NCBI RefSeq assembly: GCF_040938485.1
Contig: NW_027271090.1
Location: forward strand, 558,001 to 622,000
Direction: 5' to 3'
Source of the DNA: Diadema antillarum
Lineage: Eukaryota
DNA length: 64,000 nucleotides
Part shown: in pieces, positions 46,884 through 59,400 of the stretch
Position numbering within the stretch: position 1 is the first letter of the stretch
Layout: each line of letters begins with the position of its first letter
Notes under the pieces: generated by a model
Databases searched by the model: none
What the model was told of the DNA's origin: nothing
What the model saw: the letters and a program-made list of their open reading frames with translations, nothing else
Made by a program: the position numbers and the translations under genes

Positions 46884-47459
46884 TTAAGACGTACAAAAGG
46901 TATACAGGCAATTAAGATCCCCAACTTTGGGCAGCATCATTAGGTATAGATAGGATACAATGTAGGATGCCCAAGGGACACTTTGTGCTATGAGGATGGC
47001 TGCATGGACACAGATAAGATGCCGATCTGGAGAGGGGAAAATTCGATCATCTGTGAATTCCTCCGAGCCCGTGGTGGCCGTTAAGGCGAGTTGTGCCGAG
47101 GGGTAATTAATTGTTTTAATCTTTTAATTACAGGTGCAATTGTCAGAACGATGGTGAAATATAAATTACCAACTGGGTCCTCTGTTTGACTGATGAAAAG
47201 ACATATCTGGCGAGTTAGGGCTTAGCACTACGGGACGTCCCCGTTCGGGAAGTCTCAATCTATGTTAATGGAATTAGCGATATGTCGAATAACATTGGAA
47301 ACTTCTATCGGTCGACAGGAATTGTGTAACATGTGGGCTTGCAGCTAATTTGTGATTTAGAAGTCTCAATTAATGTTAACGGAATCGGCGATATGTTGAA
47401 TGGCATTCGAATTTTCTATCGGTCAACAGGATGGTGTGACATGTAGGCTTGCAGATAAT

Positions 47460-50400
47460 TTAGGCGATATGGAACGGACTTTGGCACATGGAAAGCGCCA
47501 CCTCCAGTCGGTCCTTAATTGTTTCCATGTCCTGGTACATAGGTAATTTCAGCTTGCGCTGGAAGTGGTGGTTGTCGCAACCAAGCGCCTGTGGGAGGGT
47601 GTGAGAAAGAGGCGAGTTCACGTCAAACGGACCGGGATGCACGATTGTTAGACCGAGATCTGCCAAGCCGCCGCAGGGCACACGATCCGCACCAGACACA
47701 AAGACTGCATGGGGGAAGAGTGTGAGTGAGTAATCAGAAGTCAAAAATCAACCGGGAACTTCTGGGGAATGTTCAAAGAACAGGAAATGACTAAATAAGT
47801 ATTGGAGGATGAAATTCAGAATTTCATCATAAAGCTAGTACATGTATATAGTAACTAAGAACATGAAATTTCTATTTTTTTGGTTGTAACGCAACTACCA
47901 AGTATTATATATAGCTTTGTTTTCCTTTCACCTGTAGGTTGCTTTAATCATAGTTAAAATCTTCGCTTGACAACGATAGAGATTTCCACAGTAACAATTT
48001 TTGGAAGATAAGGTGATGTCATCTATACCGGACTGTATTTTTTTTTTCTTAAACCAGAATAATCTTTCATGTTTATTATTGTTTGACTTCTAGGTCAACA
48101 AACAGGAGAAATAGTTCATAATTACAATTTTGTCAAAGTTAATATTCTGGCGACACTTCCTCTGACACATTCCCCAGCTCTGGTGTCACGCGTTGCGTTA
48201 ACATAATAAATGCCTAGAGTCTTCCTTGGAGGAATTTTGGCTCCTAAATAGCCCAACTTTTGCCGCTAGACTCTAAAATTGCATACGTAATATAATAAAA
48301 CCGTAAATCATCGGAGCTGCTTTTTATAATCACCCTTATTTCTAATGACACAGTTAATCTGAACATTTGATAGTTTCACATGTAGCTGTATGTACAATAT
48401 CTAGTATTGTGGTACATATTGTATGTATATTCCCCCTTGAACCTGTACCAACATAAATGTGGTATTGGAAACATAATCTCACTTGAAATTGACAAATTGG
48501 ATTAATTATGCTTACTGAGAAATTTCCTCTTCTGTTCCTCCTCAAGAGAATGGAAACATTCCCAGAACATTGTGATGGTTTGATGAGATGGGTGGTAGGG
48601 AATGCAGTATCTCGTGCTCTAATGGTGGCAAAGAATAAAAGAGAGTTTGGGTCATCACTCTGTTCATCGTTTTAGCCGTTGAAAATGCTAATGGGATTAT
48701 TGAATATTGTTACAGTCCTGAAATATTTCACTTTCTTATGGAGGGAAAGGGCTTGTTTCTACTGACAAGTAAAAATAATGTTCTTGATTTTCTCAAAACA
48801 TAGCTCCGTTTGAGGCTCGGGGACACCGTCGCATTGCTTGATCATTACAGCCATTAATATTTTGCAATTTAAACACACTGAAGTCCTCCTAATTTCCTTC
48901 TGAAATTGCCAAATTGTCCTCAATAATGAGGATTGGATAAAATAGTGACATGGATCATAACAAAGCCGTAGTGGAAGAGGGTATGTCAATAAGTTGTACA
49001 ATACTTCCACAAGGAAAAAAAAATGAAGGAGAGATTATTTCGCAACTACCCTAAACGATACAGGAATCATCATTTTTAAAGCAATAAATGCTTACTTTTC
49101 CAATTATTTGCGGAGAATAAATCGTAGATTTTGGAGGAAGTCACAATGAGCCTTTGTAATTTGCGTCTAAGCTTCAAGAAACTTTAAAAAATGTCATAAG
49201 CTCATTACTTTATTCTTACTGTTTATTTGCATCACATATTATACACATGAATAATATATCATCCTTTTGATGGAAGCCGAAGTGCACTATTATCTTTTTC
49301 AAATATTTGGTTGCTCGAGTATTAAATGTCAACGAACCTGTTCTAGCGCTTTCCAGTCGAAGCGTTGCTGTCCAAGAACGAAATCTTCCAGTTCCACAGG
49401 ACGAAAGATGCGGAGGATGCTCTGGCGGCAGACAAGGTAGAATCCCTTCCGAAAGGCGCACATCTGTTCAGTTGCAAGAGCACGCCGCACCTCTTGCTGG
49501 ACATAACGGTTGCTGATTGAATAGTAAATAAATAAATAAATTATTCAATTAATCATTTAATTAATTAAATGAATAAATACATGGATATATAAAAAGACTG
49601 TGAAGCAATTTTGGTAGCTTTGGTGTTTGTCACTGCAACCACTGTCCGCGGGTATATCTATAAAACAAATGCAATCACCTTCAATTCCATCCCCACCAAC
49701 TCCTTCCGAAAAATGGATCATACTTAACCTAATTCAATTCAGTTCAATTCAAGTAAATTTTATTTTGTCGAGAAAAACGTAACATACACTTCACATTTTG
49801 TTGTAACAAAGAGAGGACTAAATAAACTACTAGTACTCGAAGCCGAGGCTGACCAAAAGTAGAGCTACTTACATGTCCTCACTAGCCGGGATATTCTGGC
49901 CATCCTCTGTTTCGATCTCCATGTAGACGGTGTTTTCTTCGATGTATTCTTTTGTTCCATCTCTCAGCTTCGTTAACCGCATGGCCATATCACTGTCCAA
50001 CTCGAGTAGTTGGTCCATTTCGTTTTCAGGCCTAAGCAATGAATATTATGTACATATCATCATAAATTGATGATAAACCTTTCCATGGTAAGGCGTTGCC
50101 TTTCTATGTGTACTCTACGCTCTAGGTATTTGACCCTTGTTGAACACCAATACTCAACTTCTGCTTGTGAGAAATAACAGAGAGAAGCATTTGTTTGCGT
50201 TTCGTTCTTTATCGTTCCTTGTGTATTTCCTCGCATGTGTTTACGAACGAAATGAACTAAAAATTTTCAGACTCAATGCTTTACAGTTATACAATGTTTC
50301 GTTCCGATAACTAAAAAAAAAGCATAAGGGCAACAAATACGAAAACAGGCACGTAAATAAACGAATCTATACACTTAAGTATGAACGTCGGCTTGGTCTT

Positions 50401-53400
50401 GGAGTGAAAGTTCAAATAAACAAAGTCCCCCTGAAGTATTTGGTTAGAAAGGGTAATGAGTTAAGAAGATAGTTCAGGGCTTGATTTACAATCCGGAATT
50501 CGAACATATCTGGCTCTTTTCTTTTCTTTTCTTTATTACTCACCCTCCTGAGAGGAGTTTGGTGTAGAAAAGTTGAGGGAACGGTAGAGGGACGACGGCT
50601 TTGTTGTACAGCGACAGTCCGACGAGAATGCCAAGGATCCGAATCAGCTCCAAGTCGTCACAATCCTACATGCAAAACACGAGGAGGAAATAAATGTTCC
50701 GATGTGTAATTATCGATGTTGGTGTATGCTTCCCACTGTTTCACACACCATGTGTATTAGAACTCATGAAAATTTGATTATTCCTTCTAAACTTGTTTCT
50801 CATCTAATCACTTTGGGTTAATTTTCGTCTGTGGCTGATTTTTTTTTCTCTTTTTTTTCGTTTTGTTTTGTTTTGTTTTTGATTTGTTTTGTTTTTGTGT
50901 TTGCAGGGGAGTTATTTTCGATTATGAGTAATTTGCCCCCTAAACACATGACGAGGTGAAGTACATGTTCATTGTACATGCGAAAACTTACCCACATATT
51001 CATAATCTATCATAATATCATATCATATCATAATAATAAACATAATAAAGAATAGCGTGTTTGATTGCCGGACAAATGAGATACTAAGCGAGCCTTATAC
51101 ACTGTACCTCCTTGGTCAGACATTGCTGTTTCAGAAACAATCGTTTATTAAATGACTTTTTTTGGCAGGCTGATAGAAAAATAATAAATTACGGTGTAGG
51201 TGTACACATGCGGTTGGTGTAATCAGGTTCGGACAGATGATTCAGAAACGTGATTACAAATGTGATCTTCCGTTGGTGTCTAACTCTTCTTTTCCTTGTT
51301 TGTTGTTAGTGTTTTGTTTTTTGTTTTTGTTTTTAGGGGAAGGGGGATCCCCTAGACAATGAAAGAAGGCCCAAGTACAGTGTGTGTGACTTGTTACTCC
51401 CCGCTAAACGAAATCGAATTTACCTTAATAAGTAGTTGTGTCGTTAGAGACGCCTTGTTTGATATCTCGGCGATCGTTTCTGATTTTTCGATTAATGCAC
51501 CCTTTATCACTTTCAGAATAACGAACATTTAGGTATACGGAATTTGTGGGTTTTGGAATAACGAACCTTCGGAATAACCAACCTTGTTTCATTTTTGCAT
51601 TAACGAGTATTCGTTATAATTTTAAACGATCATCACTCGGTATAGGCAACGACCTTTACAATAATTATAATAGCGTAATCTTTGGAAGTGAATGTCATGC
51701 CCGTTGAAGGCGCTGCTAATACTCATTTCTATTAAGTTGCTCCCCCCCCCCCCCCCCCCCCTGGTAGAAATAATACAAAACCAAGATTCAATGTCAAACC
51801 TGTCGGAACCACACGTGGGAGACTGCAGGGTCGTTCTCGTCTAAGAGCCGGACAAGACCGTAACGCTCCGGGTCCAGTAATTCAGCAAACACGAGCGTAA
51901 AGAACTCCTATATCATAGCGAGATGCGAGAAAATTGAAATTATGATAGTAACGTTTCCTAACTCTTTCCCATGTGTTCAATCCGTATAGGTGTTACAACA
52001 ATTATTGTAACAATTAGATTAACATTCTCGTCATGTGGAAGAAAAAAAAAATCATTTCGCCACCGTGTCTCGTTGTATTCAATTACAAGAAAAGTCCGAG
52101 ATTTACATTCTTTTTACCATGCATGAAGATAATCTCTAATCAAGCCCAAGATTTCAGGAAGCATCAGCTTTTTGTCATGTTGGATTTATTCCGTACCGTG
52201 CTCAAGACTCCCCAGTCCGCCCCTTTTTCACCAGCAAATTCCACATAGAGAGGGCGCTGTACATCTTTCTCGGTGACCGAAGAGAGGTAGAGACGCAACT
52301 GTTCGTTGAAAATAGTTTGCCGATCTGCCGAGATGCGGAATATCTTGTCAGCTGCACTGCAGCTGCGAACTGCGAACTGTCTCGAAAATAGAATATGTCA
52401 TATTCATATTATGGTTATAGATTCCTTAAACATGCAAAAGAGCATGAAAATATCACATTCATTTTCATCTTGTTGCATTAATTTAGTTCATCTATTAAGC
52501 GACCAGTATCAGACAACGCAAATACGCCTCAAAGATCATAAGTTTTTTAATGTTGAGATACAATGATACAAAGATGCAGAAACTAATGGATTGTCCATGT
52601 GAACCTTGCCTTGTCCGAGAGATACAGCGTATTTCGGCCCTTGTGAATTTCATTCGATTGGCCATTATCTGACGCTAGCTGTCCAATCTTGTGATCTATT
52701 ATGCTAAATCATGTATTTTTATAATTTTGCTGGAAGCAGTTGGTATATTTTGTCTTTGGGGGGCATAAAAACCCCCAACATATAACCTGGCAGTTTCTGA
52801 TCATTCCAGTAAAGCAGTTTCTAGACTAAAAATTATAACTTTAGGACTATGTTGGGCAAGTAACATTTCCTAGAGATCAATACAAAGAATATGAATACAT
52901 TTGATGTTCCTTATACCACTCGATACCTGAATATCATAAATACTACAGCAGGAAAATCCAATTTCTAATGTTCATCCACTGTTCCTTAGTCAAAACCTTT
53001 AATTGCAAACTCGCCAGCGATGATGTTAATGTGCTTTACTCTTATACTGACAATGATATAACAGTACTCAATTATAGTTTATGACTCGTTATTATATCAT
53101 GCCGCCACTAATACTAATCCTATCAATACTTCTACATGTCTACGCTGGACAATATCGCTGTAGCTTTAACAAGCTGATACGCAGATTCTTAACCCCTGCC
53201 CATCCCGCCTCCAACCCCTAGCTCCGCTTGGAAAAGAAAATAAAGCAAAAAGATAACTATGAATTAGAATGCATTAATCATTCGGTATTATCATTTCATG
53301 TCAGGGCAGGTAAACATGACTCGACCCGAAACGTACAAATAAGAATAATCATATAAATAAAAAATACTACTGTCATTGACAAAGCAAGCTGTCCTGTGTA

Positions 53401-56400
53401 ACAACACTAATATAAAGATAATGGATATTCAACCTCTAAAAAAGAATCAGAGCATTGTATTATCTCAGCCATTTCATTTCATTCAAAAAGTAAACTGTAT
53501 TCAAATGTTCAATATCGTACTTTATTAAAAAGAAGATGCTAAAAAGAAAAACGGTTATTAACGCCTATCATTATAACACTAACCTTCTGTCTCAGCGTAT
53601 CATGGGCGGTCAGGATTCGAATCTTCGTCTTCAGATTCAAGAGAAATGGGTATTCTTTCAGCCATTTCGTCTCCTGAAACAAATAGCGTAGATGGCGTGT
53701 GATTTAATTTCCGTCAGTAAAAATGTATGTTCGGTATCGAACATTTTATCTACGAGAGAGCTTTACTTACCTATCAATATAACAATTGCCATTCTAATGC
53801 CGATTAGAATTGCCCCCGGTAGCTAAAAATATCTTTGAACCCCCTCGTTGCCCCGGCAACAGAAGGGAAACCCCTCACACACTCCCCTATATAAGCCCGA
53901 GCACGGGCGATCTCATCCTCTTTCGATGCCGATGGACCGGCTGAACCGCAGAGAGGGGAGGAGGGAGGGACCTATAGGTAAGTAAAGCTCTCTCGTAGAT
54001 AAAATGTTCGATACCGAACATACATATCTACTTCATTTCGCTTTACTTACCTATCAATATAACAATTGCCAGATTCCAACAGATCCGAGGATGGGGGGAC
54101 TGCGGATAACCTCAGATGGGAAACCTTCTTCTTTTACTGAGCATGGCTTACGAGCTGCATGCTCGCCGAGGCAGGAGGTTCAGACAAGATGGAACTACTT
54201 CCTGCTAGGACAGGAAAGAACTGCAGAGGCAAATGAGGTCTCATTGGAAATGACGTCTGACAAGTAACAGGACGTAAAGGAGTTAGGATTATGCCAGTAG
54301 GCAGCCTTGAGAATATCTTCCAGGGGGACTCCCTGAAAAAGAGCCCAGGAGGATGCTATGCCCCTAGTGTCATGGGCCCGCACCTTATGGGAGAGGATCG
54401 AAGTCGTACCCCCAGCTTTAAGAGAGGAATGGGTATTCTTTCAGCCATTTCGTCTCCTGAAACAAATAGCGTAGATGGCGTGTGATTTAATTTCCGTCAG
54501 TAAAAATGTATGTTCGGTATCGAACATTTTATCTACGAGAGAGCTTTACTTACCTATCAATATAACAATTGCCATTCTAATGCCGATTAGAATTGCCCCC
54601 GGTAGCTAAAAATATCTTTGAACCCCCTCGTTGCCCCGGCAACAGAAGGGAAACCCCTCACACACTCCCCTATATAAGCCCGAGCACGGGCGATCTCATC
54701 CTCTTTCGATGCCGATGGACCGGCTGAACCGCAGAGAGGGGAGGAGGGAGGGACCTATAGGTAAGTAAAGCTCTCTCGTAGATAAAATGTTCGATACCGA
54801 ACATACATATCTACTTCATTTCGCTTTACTTACCTATCAATATAACAATTGCCAGATTCCAACAGATCCGAGGATGGAGGGACTGCGGATAACCTCAGAT
54901 GGGAAACCTTCTTCTTTTACTGAGCATGGCTTACGAGCTGCATGCTCGCCGAGGCAGGAGGTTCAGACAAGATGGAACTACTTCCTGCTAGGACAGGAAA
55001 GAACTGCAGAGGCAAATGAGGTCTCATTGGAAATGACGTCTGACAAGTAACAGGACGTAAAGGAGTTAGGATTATGCCAGTAGGCAGCCTTGAGAATATC
55101 TTCCAGGGGGACTCCCTGAAAAAGAGCCCAGGAGGATGCTATGCCCCTAGTGTCATGGGCCCGCACCTTATGGGAGAGGATCGAAGTCGTACCCCCAGCT
55201 TTAATGGCCTGAACTATCCAGCGAGAAATAGTATCAGGGGAGACCGAGCCATGGGGAGAATTGATACTGATAAATAGATTGTCTGAAGTGCGCAATTCTT
55301 CGGTTTTGTGAAGATACCATTTAAGGGCCCGCACAGGGCACCAAAGTCTGTCTTGGGAGATGGAGGACAGAGTCTTAAGGGCGGGGATGAAAATCTCACC
55401 TGGCGTAGAATTCATGGTTTGATTCTTAGCCAGAAATTTGGCATGAGGGATTAGTCTAACCCCGTTAGTTTCCCAACGAATAATATGGCCCGGCTTGGTA
55501 GAGAGAGCATGCAGAAAGCTGCGTCTTCTCCCGCTAGCGACTGCTACGAGGAGAATGGTCTTGATGGTTAGATTAGCAAGAGAACTGTCGTGCATAGGTT
55601 CAAAGGGGGCCCTGGACAGAGCACGCAAAACTCTCGATAAACTCCAAGAGGGACTCAGTTTCTTCTGAGGAGGCCTAGACAAAAAGAGGGATTTCATTAG
55701 TCTAGTCAGATGAGAGGAGGATCCTACTGTTTCTCCTCCTCTGAAGCCTTTATGTAAGGCTGAAATAGCCGATCTGTAGCCTCTGATTGTTGAGAAGGCT
55801 AAGCTCTTGTCAAATAGGTGCAGGAGGAATTCAGCGATCTCGCCTACAGGTGCTGTGGAAGGATCCACTTTCTTGTCGTAGCACCACTTGAAGTAGTGTT
55901 GTAGTCTAGAGTCATAAGTGGCTCGTGTAGACGATCTAAGGAAGGAGGAGGATAGTTCTGCAGCCCTTCCCGAAAGACCTGCCTGGGACGCAATTTCCCT
56001 GAAATGGTCCATAATGTTAACTTTAGGTAGGGAACCTTGGGGTGGTATGTGGATGTCCCTGGTTGACAGAGGAGATCCTCCCTGAAGGGAAGGATTACTG
56101 GGGGAGAGGTTAGAAGATCTAACAGTGTGGGGAACCAAGGCCGTTTCGGGCACCAAGGAGCTATCAGAAGGAGGGTTGCCTTGTCTGTTTGCACTTTCTG
56201 TAGTACTCTTGGTATCAGTGCAAAGGGTGGGAACGCATACCCCAGAAACCCTTTCCACTGCATTGTGAATGCGTCCGTCATCAGAGCTGCTGGATCGTTG
56301 TGTTTTGTGCAATAAACTGGCAGCTGCTTGTTCAGTGTCGATGCGAATAGGTCGACCTGAGGAGGACCGAACCTGTTGAAGATCTGTTTGGCAATGCTTG

Positions 56401-59400
56401 GATTGAGTTGCCACTCTGTTGGGAGATAACTTCCCCTCGACAGGAAATCCGCCGCATAGTTGTCTTTTCCTGGTATGTGAGAGGCTATGAGATTCATCTC
56501 CACCAAATCGCACCAATCTAGAATGTCTAGAGTGAGATTGCACAAAGGTTTCGACCTTGTGCCCCCTTGTCTGTTGATGTACGAAACAACCGTGAGGTTG
56601 TCTGACTTTATCAGAACCGTTTTCCTCCGAACTCTGTCTTTGAAGGCAAACAGAGCATTCTGTATGGCCCGCATTTCCAGTACATTTATGTGCTGACCCT
56701 TGTCTCTTTCTCCCCAAGTTCCCTGAACCTGGTCCGAGTTTAGTACTGCACCCCATCCCATCGTCGACGCGTCTGTGAGAATGGTCATGGAGGGGGCTGG
56801 GGTAGTGAAGGGTTTTCCCATTTGTAGGGTATTTGGGGGCATCCACCAGCGAACCGCCTGGGACAATGTCCCTGTAAGGCAGATAATTTGAGTCATTGGG
56901 TCTGTTTGTGGGCGATACTGACTGAGAAAGGCTATTTGGATCTGCCTCATTCTCCTTCTGCAATCTGGGACTGTGTCCAAGAGACTTGCAAGGAGGCCCA
57001 GAAAACGCAGCCAGTACTTGGCTTGTGCGTGAGACGTGCGGAACAGGAATCCCCCTACTAGATGAACCTTGTCTATTCTGTGAGGGAGGGGATGGGCGAG
57101 CCTTAGTTTCAGGTCTAGTTTGGCGCCCAAGAACTCCGGATTCTGAGTGGGTTCTAGCTGAGACTTTTCGTAGTTTACGAGAAAACCTAGCTTGGAGACT
57201 ATATAGGTCTAATGTAGTGTCTAAGTGCCGGCGTAGTGTGTCTGCACAGTCTGCTAATACCAGCCAGTCGTCTAGATAGACGAAAATTCGAATGCCCCTT
57301 TCTCGTAAGTGGGTTGCGAGTGCCTGAACAATTCGAGTGAAGATGCGTGGGGCAGTTTTGAGACCAAATGGCAGAGCACGATATTGGTACACTTTGTTTG
57401 CCACTGCGAAACCGAAAAAATGCTGTGCAGTGTGGGCAATGGGGACATGAAGGTAGGCGTCTACTAAATCTATGGAGACTGCCCAATCGTCTGCCTTGAT
57501 GAGCGGTAGAATGTTGCGGAGATTTTCCATTTTGAAAGTGGAGTTTGCGATGTATCTATTTAGCTTTTTTACATTTAGCACCATGCGGAATCCGCCTTTT
57601 CGCTTGGGGGTGAGAAAAACTGGGGATAACACAAGTTGCCTTCTTGTGTGGACCCGAACAATCGCCCGTTTGGTTAGTAGGGACTGTATTTCCTGTAACA
57701 AAGCCCTTCTTTTTTCTGGGTTTGTTGGCAGGTTGGTTTTTTTGCTTATCTTCGGAAGCAATTCTGGGTGAATGAGTGAGGGAACATATCCCTTCTGAAT
57801 TACTGAGAGCACCAATTTGTCTGAGGTTATTTGAGACCATTGATGGGCAAATACTTTGAGTCTGCCCCCTACTGGGGGTTGCCCTGCGTGCTGATTTGGA
57901 TAGTCATAACTGTGAAGAATGGTCCCGCTGGGGGCAGTCGAGTGCGTTCTGGGGGGGGGGGGGTTAGATTGCTGTCCCCGGGGTCGTCTATACGATCTTC
58001 CACCCCGCTCTCTGCCCTCAGGCCTGCGAGAATCAGATGATGGCTTGTAAGACTGACTGTACGGATGTCTGCGATAGGGGGAACCTTGAGATGATCGTCC
58101 CTCACGGAAGAACCCTGATTGAGGGGGCATATGGTCCCTAGAGGATCGAAAGGAGCGATTGGGTTTGCTCAGTTTGTAGGCGGTCTTGTCTGCAGTGCTA
58201 GACGCCGCGATGGTGTCCTCCAGTACCTGCTGAAACTTTCCCGCAAACAGGTCTGGGCCCGTAAGGTGCAATTTTGCGAGTATGGAGTCAGCCTCTTTCT
58301 CGAGCTTGAGCTGTTCCATCACCTGAGATCTGCGAAACTTTGAACACAGTAACGCTGTTCGGGCGGCCTGTTCGAACTGGAGATCTGAAATTCGCAAGAG
58401 CAAATCGGAGATCTTTTTCAGGTCCTCCCCGTTTATGGCCAAACGGCTTGCTTCTCGTTGCGCCGTAATTAAATAGCTTTGATAAGCCGCGAGCCTCATC
58501 GAGCTACGGGCTGTCTTCTCAATGTGAGCGATCTGCGAATCTATTCTTCGGAAAGATCGAGATCTCATGCCGTTGAAGTTGGATTTGCGAGCGCGCGCGT
58601 CGCCAACACGGAACGCTGCCTCTGGGACTGCAGGTGTATTGAGCACCGCGTTGAAATCATTATTGCCAAACCGAAAGCCGGACACAGCGTCATAACGGCT
58701 AGATCGGGATTTCAGGGACGAATGGGCTAGTTTAGAATGACACGTAGCAAAGGGGGTATCAAGTTTCACCGCACTGGGTCCTTGGCTACGAGCAGACAAT
58801 TCAGATTCCAAGCAAAATATAGGCTTGGCCTCTTCTTTTTCCTCAGTAGCAGTCGATTCTGCCTTTAACTGGGGACAGTACTTTATCAGTAGTTCGGCGG
58901 CTATCTGGCCATCCCTTCTACCTGTCTGATTCGTTGATTCTTTATCAGAAGGGGGAAGCTCGTCAGTAAATATGCTTTCCCGACCATCTGAGCTGATAGA
59001 GTGTACTGAGTGAGTCGATGGGAAACTAACACCAGTATCATCGTCTGCCCAGTTTCTTGCACGAGATGCTATTTTGGGAGGGAGATATCCAAACTCATCA
59101 TCGGAATAGCCGCCCAAACTGATCGTCGGAACGCGAGAGTGGAAGCGAGACCCGATATCTTCCCCCTCTCTCCGGCGGGGGGAAGCCCTATCACGGGTTC
59201 GGCAACGGGATTGTCGAAGTACTGGGGCCGAGTCGGAACGGGCCGCGTTATCACGTGTGGGCAGGCCGACGGACCCGGGGGAGGACGGAGCTCGCGATAC
59301 GGTCGCTGGGGCGAGATTCCGGGGGCCTGTCGCATCGCCCGCTCGTGCGGGAAGGGACCCCGGGAGGTTACTGACAGATTGCGTAGGGATCGGAAAAACC

